From Spirochaetales bacterium (GTDB lineage Bacteria > Spirochaetota > Spirochaetia > JABEVK01), in NCBI GenBank assembly GCA_037142615.1, contig JBAXAI010000011.1:51418-115417 (forward strand): a DNA stretch of 64,000 nt, written 5' to 3'. Numbering within the stretch: the first letter of the stretch is position 1; the number at the start of each line of letters is the position of its first letter. A model generated the notes under the pieces. It was not told the origin of the DNA, searched no databases, and saw only the letters and a list, made by a program, of their open reading frames with translations. This document shows positions 37,391-47,766 of the stretch, one piece after another. The position numbers were made by a program, and so were the translations under genes.

Positions 37391-38830
37391 TTACTCCTGG
37401 TCGGGTGAAAGTGAGACTTGAAAGTCCGAACTCGTAACAGTGGCCCTCAGGAGGTACCCGCCCGCCGGCCCAGGCCGCAGGATGTCGGTCAACCCCGTGC
37501 CTGAAGCATGGTGCGTGGCGGCCGAACTTCCAGTCCAAAGCAAAAGTTCGGTGCCAGGGGTTGCCCCCGTGGCCCTCAGGGAGAAACGGCCGGTCTGGAA
37601 GTCGCTCTCGAGGGTGACCACCCGCCCAGGCACCGCCCTGGGGTACGGCCGTGAAAGGATGGCCAACAGCGGCGTGTTGGGCCCCAGGGGCACGTTTCCG
37701 GGGCACTCGAGAACCTGCAGGTGCCCTTGAACACTCACGGCCCCGCGGCGAAACGCCGGGTCGTCTGGCACCGAGTGAGGGTCGCCGCACGACTGGCACC
37801 ATTGCCACCAGGCGCCGCCCTGGGCCTTGGCGTCTTGGTCGGCCGCAAAACGCCTGGCGGCGTCGACGCTGGCCGCTTCGGCGTCCCACCAGCCGTACTC
37901 GCCCACCCACAGGCCGATTTTGAGGCCCATGGACACCTGAACGAACAGGTCGCTGCCCTGCTCGAGGGACAGACCTCCCTGCTGGATCGAGTCGAAGTAG
38001 TTGTGGGGGGCCGCCACGAGGTTGTCACCCGGATAGCCCCAGCGGGCCGGGTCGGGGACGCAGTAACCCCACTCGGGGTGGGCCGTGGCCAGAGCGGGCT
38101 CCAGGAACAGCAGGTGCCCAAAAGCAGCAACCGACTCGGCCTTGCGAAGGGCCAGCAGGGTTTCGCCCACGAGCCGCTGATAGAGGGGCTCGAAGGTTTC
38201 GAGCGGCTGCGACATCTCGGGCTCGTTGAGCAGGTCGTAGCCGGCCACCTCGCTGCGGCCCGCGAACCGCTGGGCCACAAAGGCCCACGCCTGGATGAAC
38301 TCGTCGCGCAGCCCTTCGGTATTGTGGTAGAAGTTGTTCCAAGCTGTTTGTACCGCCTCGGAATCGTTTCGCTCGGTGCGGATGCAGGTGCTCTTGCCCT
38401 CAGTGAGGCAGGCCCAGGCTGGGGCACCGTCCCAGCCCTTGGCGGGCTTGTAGCCCGGGGGACAGACCTCGCCTTCGGGGGTAAAAATGTACGCGCTGTA
38501 GGCGTCTTGATGCATGTCGATCAGGGTGTACATTCCGTGGCGGGCGGCCGAGCGCACGTAGCCATCAATGGCGTCGAGGTACGCGGTATCGAAGAAGCCC
38601 CGGCGAGGCTCCAGCAGCGACCAATGAACAATCAGCCGGATCACCGAGAAACCGCAGTCTGCCAAGGCAGCCCAGTCGTCTTCTTCAAGAGGCAAGGTAG
38701 GGGGCGTGTCGGCGAGGCCCTGCCAATATTCCCCGAGCGAGGTGATGTTGACGCCACGAAGAAGCACCTCACGGTCCAGGTCGTCTACGATGCGCAGGTC
38801 GGCCGACAGCGAGAGCGGGCGCAGCGTCAT
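37391..38830 (-). CDS. GH5 endoglycoceramidase-like glycosidase
   Basis: LRGVN, W..LEP..G, DMHQD, DGAPAWA, GYDLLNEP (acid/base), VGEYG (nucleophile), RPYPRAV.G. Confidence 0.8.
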   Translation of the reverse strand: MTLRPLSLSADLRIVDDLDREVLLRGVNITSLGEYWQGLADTPPTLPLEEDDWAALADCGFSVIRLIVHWSLLEPRRGFFDTAYLDAIDGYVRSAARHGMYTLIDMHQDAYSAYIFTPEGEVCPPGYKPAKGWDGAPAWACLTEGKSTCIRTERNDSEAVQTAWNNFYHNTEGLRDEFIQAWAFVAQRFAGRSEVAGYDLLNEPEMSQPLETFEPLYQRLVGETLLALRKAESVAAFGHLLFLEPALATAHPEWGYCVPDPARWGYPGDNLVAAPHNYFDSIQQGGLSLEQGSDLFVQVSMGLKIGLWVGEYGWWDAEAASVDAARRFAADQDAKAQGGAWWQWCQSCGDPHSVPDDPAFRRGAVSVQGHLQVLECPGNVPLGPNTPLLAILSRPYPRAVPGRVVTLESDFQTGRFSLRATGATPGTELLLWTGSSAATHHASGTGLTDILRPGPAGGYLLRATVTSSDFQVSLSPDQE

Positions 38831-40905
38831 GCCAGGGCCCTCCGCAAGGCCACTCCGGCAAACGAGGCAAACCCGTGGTTCAAACTTGCCGACGTGTTCT
38901 TATGCTCCCAGAGGGTGCCGCTGCTCTCGGCCATCGGGCCAAAGAACGCCTCGACCTCGTCGATAAGCCTTTGGTGTTCACCCAGCTTGAGCAGCACTTC
39001 CAGACGCAAGTACAGGCCCATGAAGGCGTTGGCTGGCTCTACCCCGGCATGGACCCCGGCCGCCCGCTTCGGCCCCAGCTCGGTGAGGAGGCGCTCACGG
39101 AACTCCGACCACGCTGGCTGCTCCAGGTCGACCAACCCGAAAACACTGGCGTAGTACTGGCAGACCTCCGACACGTTGCCCGTGTTGACCAGGTTCCCCG
39201 CAGGGTCGCGGACGGCGTTGTCGGTGAAGAAGGTGCCGTTGTACGAGAGCCTGAGCACCACTTCGCGGATCTTACGGCAACGCTCCAAGAGCGCTGGCTG
39301 GTCGTACAGGTTGCCCAGGATTTCGAGTACCCGGGCGTACAGCATGTTGGTGGGGTAGTTGACGTCTTGAACCCAGTCGTTGGCCTTCGACCACTCGACG
39401 AAGTTCCAGCCGGGGAGCCGCTCCAGCAGGCCTTGGCCGTTGGCGTATTGTTCCAGGAGGCCCACCAGGTCAAGGCACAGCCGCTGGAACTCGCTTTTGT
39501 CCACGTCTGGGCACCGCACCAGGAACTGGTCGAGTTCGAGCACGTACCAAAGGCACCATTGCGGAATCCAGGCCGCGTCGCCGTGGTCGGCCGGGTAGCA
39601 CATGGGCAGCGCTCCCGGTGGCAAGGCAGGGTTGCGCTCGTTCAGCACGAAGTTCTTCAGAAACACCCGCTCGACGTCGGACTTGCCGGTGAAGAAGAAC
39701 TCGGCCTGCGCCAGGAAGTAGCTGTCGCACAGCCAACCGCCCCGCTCGCGCGACGGGCAGTCCATGTAGACGTCGAGGGTGTTCTGCCGCCAGGTTTCCT
39801 GCGCCGCTTGGTAGATGCCATCCAGCACCGGCCGTCCGCTGCCCAAGCTCTGGATCTCGAGCGGATAGATGTAGCTTCGAAGCCCCACGTGCGAGAGTTC
39901 CAACTCGCCCTCGAGCACCGACAGCAGCACGTAGCGGAACTCGTACACCTCGAAGGTTTCCAGGTGGTAGGGTTGAGCTTGGCCGGGAAGCCGGTAGTCG
40001 ACCACGTTGACCATGTCGATGTGCTGGGGATCCACCACCCCGTCGACCAATTTCTCGTCCCAAGTCACCAGGAAGCGGCAAGACTTCGCGGCCTTGACCT
40101 GGCACTGCAGGAACCCGGTGAAGTTGCGCCCCGCATCGAGAACCACGTAGTCCCCGGCCGAAAGGCGCTCCCCAGCAAGGGTGCGGGGTGGATTGCCAGA
40201 CGGTGTGAACCGCTGCTGCTGGTTCACATAGGTGGGCGTAGCCTCGAGTTCGGCTTCCGGGAAGCCGCTGAGAATGTGGGACACCCCCTGGATATAGCGG
40301 TTCTTCTTCGCGGGAACCGAAGGATCGAGCACAAAGGTACCGTCTGAGACAACGCGCTCCACCGTCGTCCGGGTGTAATCGGGCGGCGCCGTCCCCCGGG
40401 GCAGCCATTTTTGGGCCGGGCGCACCTGCAGCGTCGCCTCGACGGCAGGGCGCTCAAGGTCCCAGACCTCTGAAAAGGTCCGCTGGAAGCTGTAGCGCAT
40501 CACTTTTTGCAGGCGCGCCAGGTTCCGCTTGCCGGTGAAATGTCGTCCCGTCCAGACCACCGGCTTGTCGTTCACCAAAACCTCGGCGCACAGGAACGAG
40601 CCCTGCTTGAGGGTGTAGAACGAAAGGCAGTGGTACCCTGCCACCTCGACCTGAAGACGGTTGGGTCCGGGTACGACGAGCCCCGAAAGGTCGAGCTGAT
40701 CAACTCGGGCGTAGTCGTGCGGAGCGCGGGCGGGGCCGTAGGCCACAAAGGCGCCATTGAGCGTGAGCCGGTACAGCGAGGCGGCCGTAAGGGTCACAGC
40801 TACCGGCTGGTGGGCCTCGACCTCAAACTCGACGTCAAAGTTCGCCTGCACGTTCATCACCGAGCTCAGGCCATCGAGCCACACCGGGAGGGCTTTCTTA
40901 AACAT
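38827..40905 (-). CDS. GH78-like alpha-L-rhamnosidase
   Basis: GPAR, FRY, MDCPSRERGGWLCD, FVEW, TLWE, SLNHG. Confidence 0.75.
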   Translation of the reverse strand: MFKKALPVWLDGLSSVMNVQANFDVEFEVEAHQPVAVTLTAASLYRLTLNGAFVAYGPARAPHDYARVDQLDLSGLVVPGPNRLQVEVAGYHCLSFYTLKQGSFLCAEVLVNDKPVVWTGRHFTGKRNLARLQKVMRYSFQRTFSEVWDLERPAVEATLQVRPAQKWLPRGTAPPDYTRTTVERVVSDGTFVLDPSVPAKKNRYIQGVSHILSGFPEAELEATPTYVNQQQRFTPSGNPPRTLAGERLSAGDYVVLDAGRNFTGFLQCQVKAAKSCRFLVTWDEKLVDGVVDPQHIDMVNVVDYRLPGQAQPYHLETFEVYEFRYVLLSVLEGELELSHVGLRSYIYPLEIQSLGSGRPVLDGIYQAAQETWRQNTLDVYMDCPSRERGGWLCDSYFLAQAEFFFTGKSDVERVFLKNFVLNERNPALPPGALPMCYPADHGDAAWIPQWCLWYVLELDQFLVRCPDVDKSEFQRLCLDLVGLLEQYANGQGLLERLPGWNFVEWSKANDWVQDVNYPTNMLYARVLEILGNLYDQPALLERCRKIREVVLRLSYNGTFFTDNAVRDPAGNLVNTGNVSEVCQYYASVFGLVDLEQPAWSEFRERLLTELGPKRAAGVHAGVEPANAFMGLYLRLEVLLKLGEHQRLIDEVEAFFGPMAESSGTLWEHKNTSASLNHGFASFAGVALRRALA

Positions 40906-42844
40906 GGTTCACCTCGAGCAGCAGGGGAGTTCGCGCCGGTACGTGGAGCCTGACAAGCCCGCTGGACACGTGGACCGTGGGCGCAGCGACGTTTCCACCC
41001 AGCGCCCTCACCTTCAGGTCCTTGTCGCGCCAGGTTGGCGGCAAAAGGCGTTCCAGGTCGGTGTCGAGGGTCGAGTACACGTAGATGCGATCGGGAAACG
41101 GAAGAAACCGCGTGGTCAGGTCGGCGATCAGCGTTTGGTTGCACAGAACAAGAAGCGCCTCAGGGCCCAGCGAGCCCCGGGCCGAAACGCCGTCGGAATA
41201 GCGGGCCAGGGCCCACGACTTGCGGTCACTGCGGAACTCCAGCAGGTCGTACTGCAGCAGGAACCGGTAAAGCATGCTATCGAGGGCAATCTGGTCGACG
41301 AGTTCGTTCGACAAGCCTGCCAGGTGGTCGCCGCGGTAGTCGGTATTGAGCGCTGAGCCCGCCGCCGAAGCCAGGGGGTTGTGCCCGCGAGCGCCACCGT
41401 ACACCCGGTTGTGGTACAAGACCGGCAACAGGTCACCGTGATGCCATAAACCGCTGTACACGCCCGCCATTTCAAAGCCAACTCCGTTGAGGCTTTCGGT
41501 GGTGACGTCGAGGCCCTTGGCTTTCAGAAAGGCCAGAATGGGCAGAACGCCGCAGAACAGTTCCTCGGCCTCACCGATGAAGCCGTCGGGTTCCCAGCTG
41601 AAGTTCCTCGTCCGAAACGCGTCCAGGTGCACCGTCTCGGTGATCGGGAACAGTTCGAGCATCGACTCCAGCCGACGGAAAACGCTGCCCGACTCGACGT
41701 CTTTGGTGTGGCTCAGGTGGTAGCACTGCACGCCGTTGAAAACCTCCCAGGGCATGGGCGAACCGTCGAGGTCGAGGCTCATCAGGGCCGGGTCCCACAA
41801 GGGATGCAGGGGATAGGCGTCGTCGAGGTTGGCGTGAAGGCTGACGTTGCAGCGGTAGAGCTTCTTGGCCTCGGCGATCAGGTGCAGCAGGTCGTCGCGG
41901 GTTCCGAGGGCGGGGTTGAGCCGGTCGAGCGCCGGGTAGCCGGTGTCATGGCCGTCGTACTGCCAGCCGGTCAGGTACATGACCTGGGGGCAGCCACCCG
42001 AGACTTCCCAGACGCGGCGGGCGAGGGACAGACACTGGGCAAAGGTGGTGTCGGCCCTTCCAGGCGAAGCGCAGAAGACCTTGTACCAGATTGCTTCGCG
42101 GTACAGGGGCAAGGGTTGCGGCAGGCGGGCCCGGAGCGCCAGTTGGTACTCGTTCTCATCGGCCTTGCCGTCGCCGTTGAGGTCCTCGGCAAACACCACT
42201 TCGGCCCGAAACAGGTCGGTCGTCTTGTCGCGCACCCGATATTGCCACGGGTTGAGCCCCAGCTCAAAAAACGAGCTGCGGCCCGGCACGGCCGAATCGG
42301 AACCCAGGCGAGACCAGAGGGGAAGCAGGGGCCAATTGGAGTGGACGAAGCAGCACAAGTCACCGGCAAAGCCACAGGCATGCACCGAGCTTTCGGGTCC
42401 CGTGTCGGGCCAGCCCGAGTCGGCCCGCCCCTGCTCGTGGGTAACGTCGCGCAAGCCCCTGCCAATCGGGTTGTCCCAGGCGCGCTGCGTTTGGCGGTCG
42501 CGGAAGTACGACCAGGTTCGGTCGAACACGACGAAGGCGCCTTTCCAGCCCAAGGTGCGCACCTTCTGGGCTCCCTCGGTGAGGTGTTCCAGTTGGTAGA
42601 GCAGCGAGGCTTCCAGCAGCGAGAACCGGAACCGCAGCAGCAGGCCGTCGGGGCCCAGCAGTTCGTAGACCACCGCGTCCGCCTGCGGCAGGGCTGTGCA
42701 AGCTTTCCAGGTGACCTCGAGGCCGTTCACGAGCAGGCCTTCGACGGCGCACCCCAGGGTTCGCCCTGTCGGCTTGTGAACGTAGGAAACCGGTGCCGCA
42801 AACGCGCCGAACTCAACTCGAAGAACTTCGTTTTCCAGGATCAT
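40898..42844 (-). CDS. GH101-like glycosidase (endo-alpha-N-acetylgalactosaminidase family)
   Basis: GWQYDGHDTGYP, SLHANLDDAY, VHLDAF and TTE motifs resemble the GH101 catalytic barrel. Confidence 0.55.
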   Translation of the reverse strand: MILENEVLRVEFGAFAAPVSYVHKPTGRTLGCAVEGLLVNGLEVTWKACTALPQADAVVYELLGPDGLLLRFRFSLLEASLLYQLEHLTEGAQKVRTLGWKGAFVVFDRTWSYFRDRQTQRAWDNPIGRGLRDVTHEQGRADSGWPDTGPESSVHACGFAGDLCCFVHSNWPLLPLWSRLGSDSAVPGRSSFFELGLNPWQYRVRDKTTDLFRAEVVFAEDLNGDGKADENEYQLALRARLPQPLPLYREAIWYKVFCASPGRADTTFAQCLSLARRVWEVSGGCPQVMYLTGWQYDGHDTGYPALDRLNPALGTRDDLLHLIAEAKKLYRCNVSLHANLDDAYPLHPLWDPALMSLDLDGSPMPWEVFNGVQCYHLSHTKDVESGSVFRRLESMLELFPITETVHLDAFRTRNFSWEPDGFIGEAEELFCGVLPILAFLKAKGLDVTTESLNGVGFEMAGVYSGLWHHGDLLPVLYHNRVYGGARGHNPLASAAGSALNTDYRGDHLAGLSNELVDQIALDSMLYRFLLQYDLLEFRSDRKSWALARYSDGVSARGSLGPEALLVLCNQTLIADLTTRFLPFPDRIYVYSTLDTDLERLLPPTWRDKDLKVRALGGNVAAPTVHVSSGLVRLHVPARTPLLLEVNHV

Positions 42845-44223
42845 TTTTTTACCCTCGCTGTCAGTTGAGCCGTGTGACCAAGCGGCAGGCGAACCTCGGC
42901 CCAGGTGACGGCACGGCCGTCCCAGCGCCGCTCCGCCGTCGTTTCGAGTTTGCGGCCGTCGCAGAGAACCTCGAGGTTCTCGCCCCAGAACCCGGCCTGC
43001 CAGCGGAGGTCTGTCCCCACCAGGTTGGTGAGGCAGCTCTTGCTCCCCCCTGGGGACTGGGTGTGCTCGAGCTGGATTTCGCCGTCAAACACCGGCAGGT
43101 GGTCCAAGGCGGCGCGATGGAGGCCCGTGGGAAGCTGGGCCAAGGTGCGGACCGTCCGTTGGTAGGCCACGGGCTGTACGCCCATCAGGCCCGAGGCCAC
43201 GGCGCCCACCACAGAAAAACCGACTTCGGGGTACTCGCGTCGTCCCAAGCCCGGATCGGTGAGCTTCAACAGGTACTCCCGGGCTTTGTCGGGCCTGCCG
43301 TAGGCGTAGAACACCTCGGGAATGTAGGCCAGCGTTTCGACTTGCGGGTCTGTCGCTCCCAGGAGTTCCAGATGCCGGGCGATCCGTTCGGGGTTGGCGA
43401 GCAACCGGTAGTACAGCGGCAGGTGACCCGGGTTGCTCCCCTCGGAATACTGGAACCGGCCGTCACGCAGCAGCACGTTGAAGAAGCGCTGCTGGGCAGG
43501 GTCCCACCAGCCGTTCTCGAACCTCTGCCGCAGTTCGGTGGCCCGGGCCTGAAACACGGCAGTACGGTTCCGGTTGTACTTCTCGCGATGAAGATGGCCG
43601 TAAGCCTCGTAGGCGGCCGCCTGCGTTGCCAAGAGGTCGCTGAGCATCAGCGCATCGTCGAGCCCCGGGCCCTCGTCGTACGAGGCCAGGCCCCGGCGAC
43701 TGCCCGGTTGCTGCCGCTCGGGCACACCGTCGCCGTTGCGATCCCAGGTCTCGACGTACTGGTTCACCGTCCAGTCGTAGAACCGGTTGAAGTCGGCATC
43801 GTGAAGGTAGTCCGGCTCGTCGGTCCAAAGGTACATGCGCCAGCACGCGTCGAGCACGTCGAAGTTGGCCGGCAGGTTGTACCAGAAGTCACTGTCGTCG
43901 GTGTAGTCGATGGGGGCGGGCTTGCCATCGCCGTTGATTTCCCAGTAGCCGCAGTAGTCGCGCGAAGGCTGAACGCTGCGGGCAAACTGACCAAGCATGT
44001 TGAGGTTGTGCCGGGCCAAACCCAGAACTTGCGCGCCGGTGGCCTGATGCGCGACGTCGCGCATGCAAAAGGCGTTGCGTCCGGGGAGAGCGGCTTCGTA
44101 CCAGTCGCCCGCGGGGGTGCCTTCGTTAACATACGAGAGTGCCATGGCCTTGGCCCAGTAAAAACCGCGCTCGAGTCGAAGATCATCGCAACTGAACTCG
44201 ACTTTTCCCTTTGCTGGTTTCAT
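42841..44223 (-). CDS. Putative (alpha/alpha)6-barrel glycosidase of unclear family
   Basis: WYEAALPGR.AFCMRD..HQ, D.NGDGVPE, SYDE, REYPEV; first gene of the glycosidase operon. Confidence 0.5.
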   Translation of the reverse strand: MKPAKGKVEFSCDDLRLERGFYWAKAMALSYVNEGTPAGDWYEAALPGRNAFCMRDVAHQATGAQVLGLARHNLNMLGQFARSVQPSRDYCGYWEINGDGKPAPIDYTDDSDFWYNLPANFDVLDACWRMYLWTDEPDYLHDADFNRFYDWTVNQYVETWDRNGDGVPERQQPGSRRGLASYDEGPGLDDALMLSDLLATQAAAYEAYGHLHREKYNRNRTAVFQARATELRQRFENGWWDPAQQRFFNVLLRDGRFQYSEGSNPGHLPLYYRLLANPERIARHLELLGATDPQVETLAYIPEVFYAYGRPDKAREYLLKLTDPGLGRREYPEVGFSVVGAVASGLMGVQPVAYQRTVRTLAQLPTGLHRAALDHLPVFDGEIQLEHTQSPGGSKSCLTNLVGTDLRWQAGFWGENLEVLCDGRKLETTAERRWDGRAVTWAEVRLPLGHTAQLTARVKK

Positions 44224-44249
44224 GTACCCTCCCGGAGTAGACTCAACTG

Positions 44250-44313
44250 ACTATACCAGCGGACCCGGAAGTCACGGTGGTAAGGTTGTGGGATGGAATG
44301 GTGTAAATGTTGG
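44250..44313 (-). promoter_or_regulatory. Putative AraC-activated promoter of the leftward glycosidase operon
   Basis: Minus-strand CCAACAT and CCCACAA at a 21-bp period (44307-13, 44286-92), upstream of a -10 TATAGT. Confidence 0.5.
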
Positions 44314-44398
44314 TCTGGCCGGAAAAACAATTGGGAGTTGCTTGCTGAGTTTGCCGGGAGTGCGTAAGAGTTAGGAGAACCACCCGGGAGGAGCCCTG

Positions 44399-46726
44399 TT
44401 GAGACTATTTTACCAGCAGCCCGCACAAAAATGGGAGCAGGCACTCCCTTTGGGCAACGGACGCCTCGGGGCCATGGTCTACGGCGGAACAAGCAAAGAA
44501 CTCATTATGCTCAATGAAGATACACTTTGGTCTGGCTTCCCCCGCGACGTGCAGAATCCGACAGCGCTCTCGCACCTGCCCCGAGTCAGGGAACTGCTTG
44601 CGGCCGACAGGTTCCACGAGGCCCAACTGCTGATCGAGTCGACCATGCTGGGTCCGTGGAACGAGTCGTACCAGCCCCTGGGTTCTTTGCACCTGAACTG
44701 GCTGAACGAGCCCGAGGTGTCGGTGTACGAGCGGGAGCTGGTCCTGGAGACCGCCGTTGCGGCCTCGAGCTACGGCACGCCCGGACGGCTGATCCACACC
44801 GAGTGCTTTGTGTCGCAGCCGGACCAGCTGTTGATGTACACGATGCGCGGCCCGGACTTGCGGGTCGAGCTCGCACTCGACAGCCTGCTTCCCCACCGCG
44901 TGAGCGCTCAGGCCTCGGAGCTTCTTCTGACGGGGCAAGCACCGACCCACGTGGAACCCTCCTACATCGACACGGCCGATTCCGGGGTGTTTTTTGACGA
45001 GGCTCAACCGGGAATGCGCTTCGCGGTGCAGTTGAGGGTACGGCAAGAGGGGGGAACCCTCGAAGTCCGCGACGGAAGGCTGGTGGTGCTCGGGGCCACC
45101 CTGCTCGAGCTGAGACTGGCCGCCGCGACCTCGTTTGCCGGCGTAGCGGTGAAGCCGAACCTGGGGCCCGAGCCCTTGGAACTCTGCCGGCAAGTCCACA
45201 CCCGCGCCGAGGCGTTCTCGGGCCCGACGCTGCGGGAGCGTCACCTCGCCGACCACGCCCAGGCGTTCGGGCGGGTTGAGCTGGAACTCGAAGACGAGGA
45301 TCAGTGGGCCACCGGGCAGACACTGCCGACCGATCAGCGGCTGCAGCGTTTCGCCAAAGGCAAGCCCGACAACGCTTTGGCCGTGCTGCTGTTTCAGTAC
45401 GGCCGCTACCTTCTGGTGGCCAGTTCACGCGTGGGCACCCAACCGGCCAACCTGCAGGGAATCTGGAGCCACGAGCTAAGGCCCGCCTGGAGCGCCAACT
45501 GGACCACGAACATCAACGCCCAGATGAACTACTGGCCGGTGGAAACGTGCGGCTTGGGCGAGTTGTCGGAGCCCCTGTTCCGGATGATCCGCGAACTCTC
45601 ACAAACAGGCGCCGAGACGGCCCGAAAGCAGTTCGGCTGCCGAGGCTGGACGGCCAACCACAACGTCGACCTGTGGCGCGCCAGCGTGCCGGTGGGTGGT
45701 TACGCCGGTTACGCCTACTGGCCGCTGGGCGGTGCGTGGCTGTGCCGCCATCTGTGGGAGCACTTTCTGTTCACCGAGGACCTGTCGTGGCTGAGAACCG
45801 AGGGCTTCCCGCTCATGGCGGAGGCGGCGCTTTTTCTTCTGGACTGGCTGGTCGAAACCCCGGAAGGCTACCTGGGCACGGCGCCTTCCATTTCGCCCGA
45901 AAACAACTATCTGGTCGCAGACGGAACCATGTGTTCGGTCAGCCGGTCTTCGACGATGGACGTATCGATCATCCGGGACCTGTTTCAGGCCTGCCTGACG
46001 GCCCATCAGCTTCTCGGGGGTCCCGAACCCGTGCAGGGCCTGGTTGCGGGAATCCGTTCGTCGCTGCCCAGGCTTCGCCCGCAGCTGGTCGGGCGGCACG
46101 GCCAATTGCAGGAGTGGTTCCGTGACTTTGACGAGCACGATCCGCACCACCGGCACCTGTCCCACCTGTACGGGGCCTACCCGGCAGCCGAGCTCACCCC
46201 CGAGGACACGCCGGAACTGATCCACGCGGTGCGGACTTCGCTGGAGCGCCGGGGCGACGAGGGCACTGGCTGGAGCCTGGCTTGGAAAGTCAACCTGTGG
46301 GCCCGGCTGGGCGACGGCGACCACGCCTGGAAGCTCATTGGCAGGCAACTCAGGCCAGCCGAGAGCGAAGGCAGCGAAAACGGCAGCGGGGCCTACCCCA
46401 ACCTGCTGGGAGCTCATCCGCCGTTCCAGATCGACGGCAACTTCGGGGTCACAGCCGGAATCGCCGAGATGCTGCTTCAGAGTCACCGGGGCGAGGTGCA
46501 CCTCCTCCCTGCCCTTCCTGCGGCCTGGAAGGGTGGTCGGGTGAGCGGTCTGAAGGCCCGGGGCAACCTGCAGGTGGGCATGACCTGGAGCGGGGGCCGC
46601 CTTACGTCGGCGTGGCTGGAGTGCCCCCACGCCAAAGACGTTACGGTGCGCTGCGGGCACCAAACCTGGGCCGTTTCGCTGGGCGCCGGTGAGCGCCGAA
46701 CTCTGAGTTTGGATTCCAAGGAGTAA
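44399..46726 (+). CDS. GH95 alpha-1,2-L-fucosidase
   Basis: ALPLGNGRLGAM, NEDTLWSG, FQYGRYLL, NLQGIW, NINAQMNYW, HRHLSHL, PPFQIDGNFG; TTG start. Confidence 0.92.
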   Translation: MRLFYQQPAQKWEQALPLGNGRLGAMVYGGTSKELIMLNEDTLWSGFPRDVQNPTALSHLPRVRELLAADRFHEAQLLIESTMLGPWNESYQPLGSLHLNWLNEPEVSVYERELVLETAVAASSYGTPGRLIHTECFVSQPDQLLMYTMRGPDLRVELALDSLLPHRVSAQASELLLTGQAPTHVEPSYIDTADSGVFFDEAQPGMRFAVQLRVRQEGGTLEVRDGRLVVLGATLLELRLAAATSFAGVAVKPNLGPEPLELCRQVHTRAEAFSGPTLRERHLADHAQAFGRVELELEDEDQWATGQTLPTDQRLQRFAKGKPDNALAVLLFQYGRYLLVASSRVGTQPANLQGIWSHELRPAWSANWTTNINAQMNYWPVETCGLGELSEPLFRMIRELSQTGAETARKQFGCRGWTANHNVDLWRASVPVGGYAGYAYWPLGGAWLCRHLWEHFLFTEDLSWLRTEGFPLMAEAALFLLDWLVETPEGYLGTAPSISPENNYLVADGTMCSVSRSSTMDVSIIRDLFQACLTAHQLLGGPEPVQGLVAGIRSSLPRLRPQLVGRHGQLQEWFRDFDEHDPHHRHLSHLYGAYPAAELTPEDTPELIHAVRTSLERRGDEGTGWSLAWKVNLWARLGDGDHAWKLIGRQLRPAESEGSENGSGAYPNLLGAHPPFQIDGNFGVTAGIAEMLLQSHRGEVHLLPALPAAWKGGRVSGLKARGNLQVGMTWSGGRLTSAWLECPHAKDVTVRCGHQTWAVSLGAGERRTLSLDSKE

Positions 46727-46728
46727 CC

Positions 46729-47739
46729 ATGAAGCCGACCAAAGCGCTGGCTGAACTGCAGAAAGATCTCATGAACCTGCGCTTCGGCATGTTCATTCAC
46801 TTCAGCCCGGCCACCTTCCTGAAGGTGGCCGACCGGTTGCAACCCGATCACGCTCCGCCGCGCCAGGGCAAGGATGGCGTGGCCGGCACCGCCGACGATC
46901 TCAGCCCGGCGCTGTTCCATCCGACCAAGCTCGACTGCGATCAGTGGGCCGAGGCGGCCGTGAGCGCCGGGATGAAGTTCGGGGTCTTGACCACCAAGCA
47001 CCACGATGGGTTCTGCCTGTGGCCGAGCGAGCGGTCCGACTACACCGTGGCCCAGGGGTTTGGTCGGGACGTGGTGCACGAGTTCAGCCAGGCCTTCCGC
47101 AAGCGAGGCCTGAAGGTGGGGTTCTACTACTCCATCCGCGACCGCACCGTCGGGATTGCCGACAAAGCCCATGGGGGCGTCACCAGGGCCCACGTTCAAC
47201 TGATCAAGGACCAGCTGACCGAGCTTCTGACCGACTACGGCCCGGTCCTGTATCTGGTGTTTGACGCCTGGGGCAACGATTGGCACGAAAGCCCCACCTA
47301 CGAAGACCTTTCGTATGCCGAAATCTACCACCACATCAAGGGCCTGCAGCCCGACTGTCTGGTGCTCAACCACACCACCGACCCCACCGTGTGCGACGTG
47401 CTGCAACTCGAACTGGCGGCTCAGATGAAACTTCCCGACGGCGCTGATCTGCCGGCCGTGGGGGGCGATTGCCTTCAGCAGGCCTGGTTTTGGGCGCCCG
47501 ACTACCCAGCCACGCCGGTCAAGTCGCTCGACTGGATCGTCGAGAAGTACCTGAAGGCCTTCAACCGACGCAGCGCGGTCTTTCAGCTCAACTGCGCACC
47601 AAACCCGGAAGGCCTGCTGGACGACAACGTGCTGCGGCGTCTGGCCGAGGTTGGCAAGGCCTGGGCCCCACCACCACCGCTGGCTGAGGCGCCTGCCGCG
47701 TGGAGCCGCTGGCCCGTGCCGCCAAAGTCGGAAGCGTAG
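46729..47739 (+). CDS. GH29 alpha-L-fucosidase (short, catalytic domain only)
   Basis: FGMFIHF, LTTKHHDGFCLW, GFYYS, QLTELLTDYG, FD nucleophile, LNCAP..G. Confidence 0.82.
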   Translation: MKPTKALAELQKDLMNLRFGMFIHFSPATFLKVADRLQPDHAPPRQGKDGVAGTADDLSPALFHPTKLDCDQWAEAAVSAGMKFGVLTTKHHDGFCLWPSERSDYTVAQGFGRDVVHEFSQAFRKRGLKVGFYYSIRDRTVGIADKAHGGVTRAHVQLIKDQLTELLTDYGPVLYLVFDAWGNDWHESPTYEDLSYAEIYHHIKGLQPDCLVLNHTTDPTVCDVLQLELAAQMKLPDGADLPAVGGDCLQQAWFWAPDYPATPVKSLDWIVEKYLKAFNRRSAVFQLNCAPNPEGLLDDNVLRRLAEVGKAWAPPPPLAEAPAAWSRWPVPPKSEA

Positions 47740-47766
47740 TCCCGCCAAGGAAGACGAGCACCAACC

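Noticed and set aside
34775-44250. Long plus-strand ORFs (34775-37408, 37721-39154, 38875-40347, 41627-42868, 42793-44250)
   Set aside because: Antisense to well-supported glycosidase genes; composition is typical of shadow frames.
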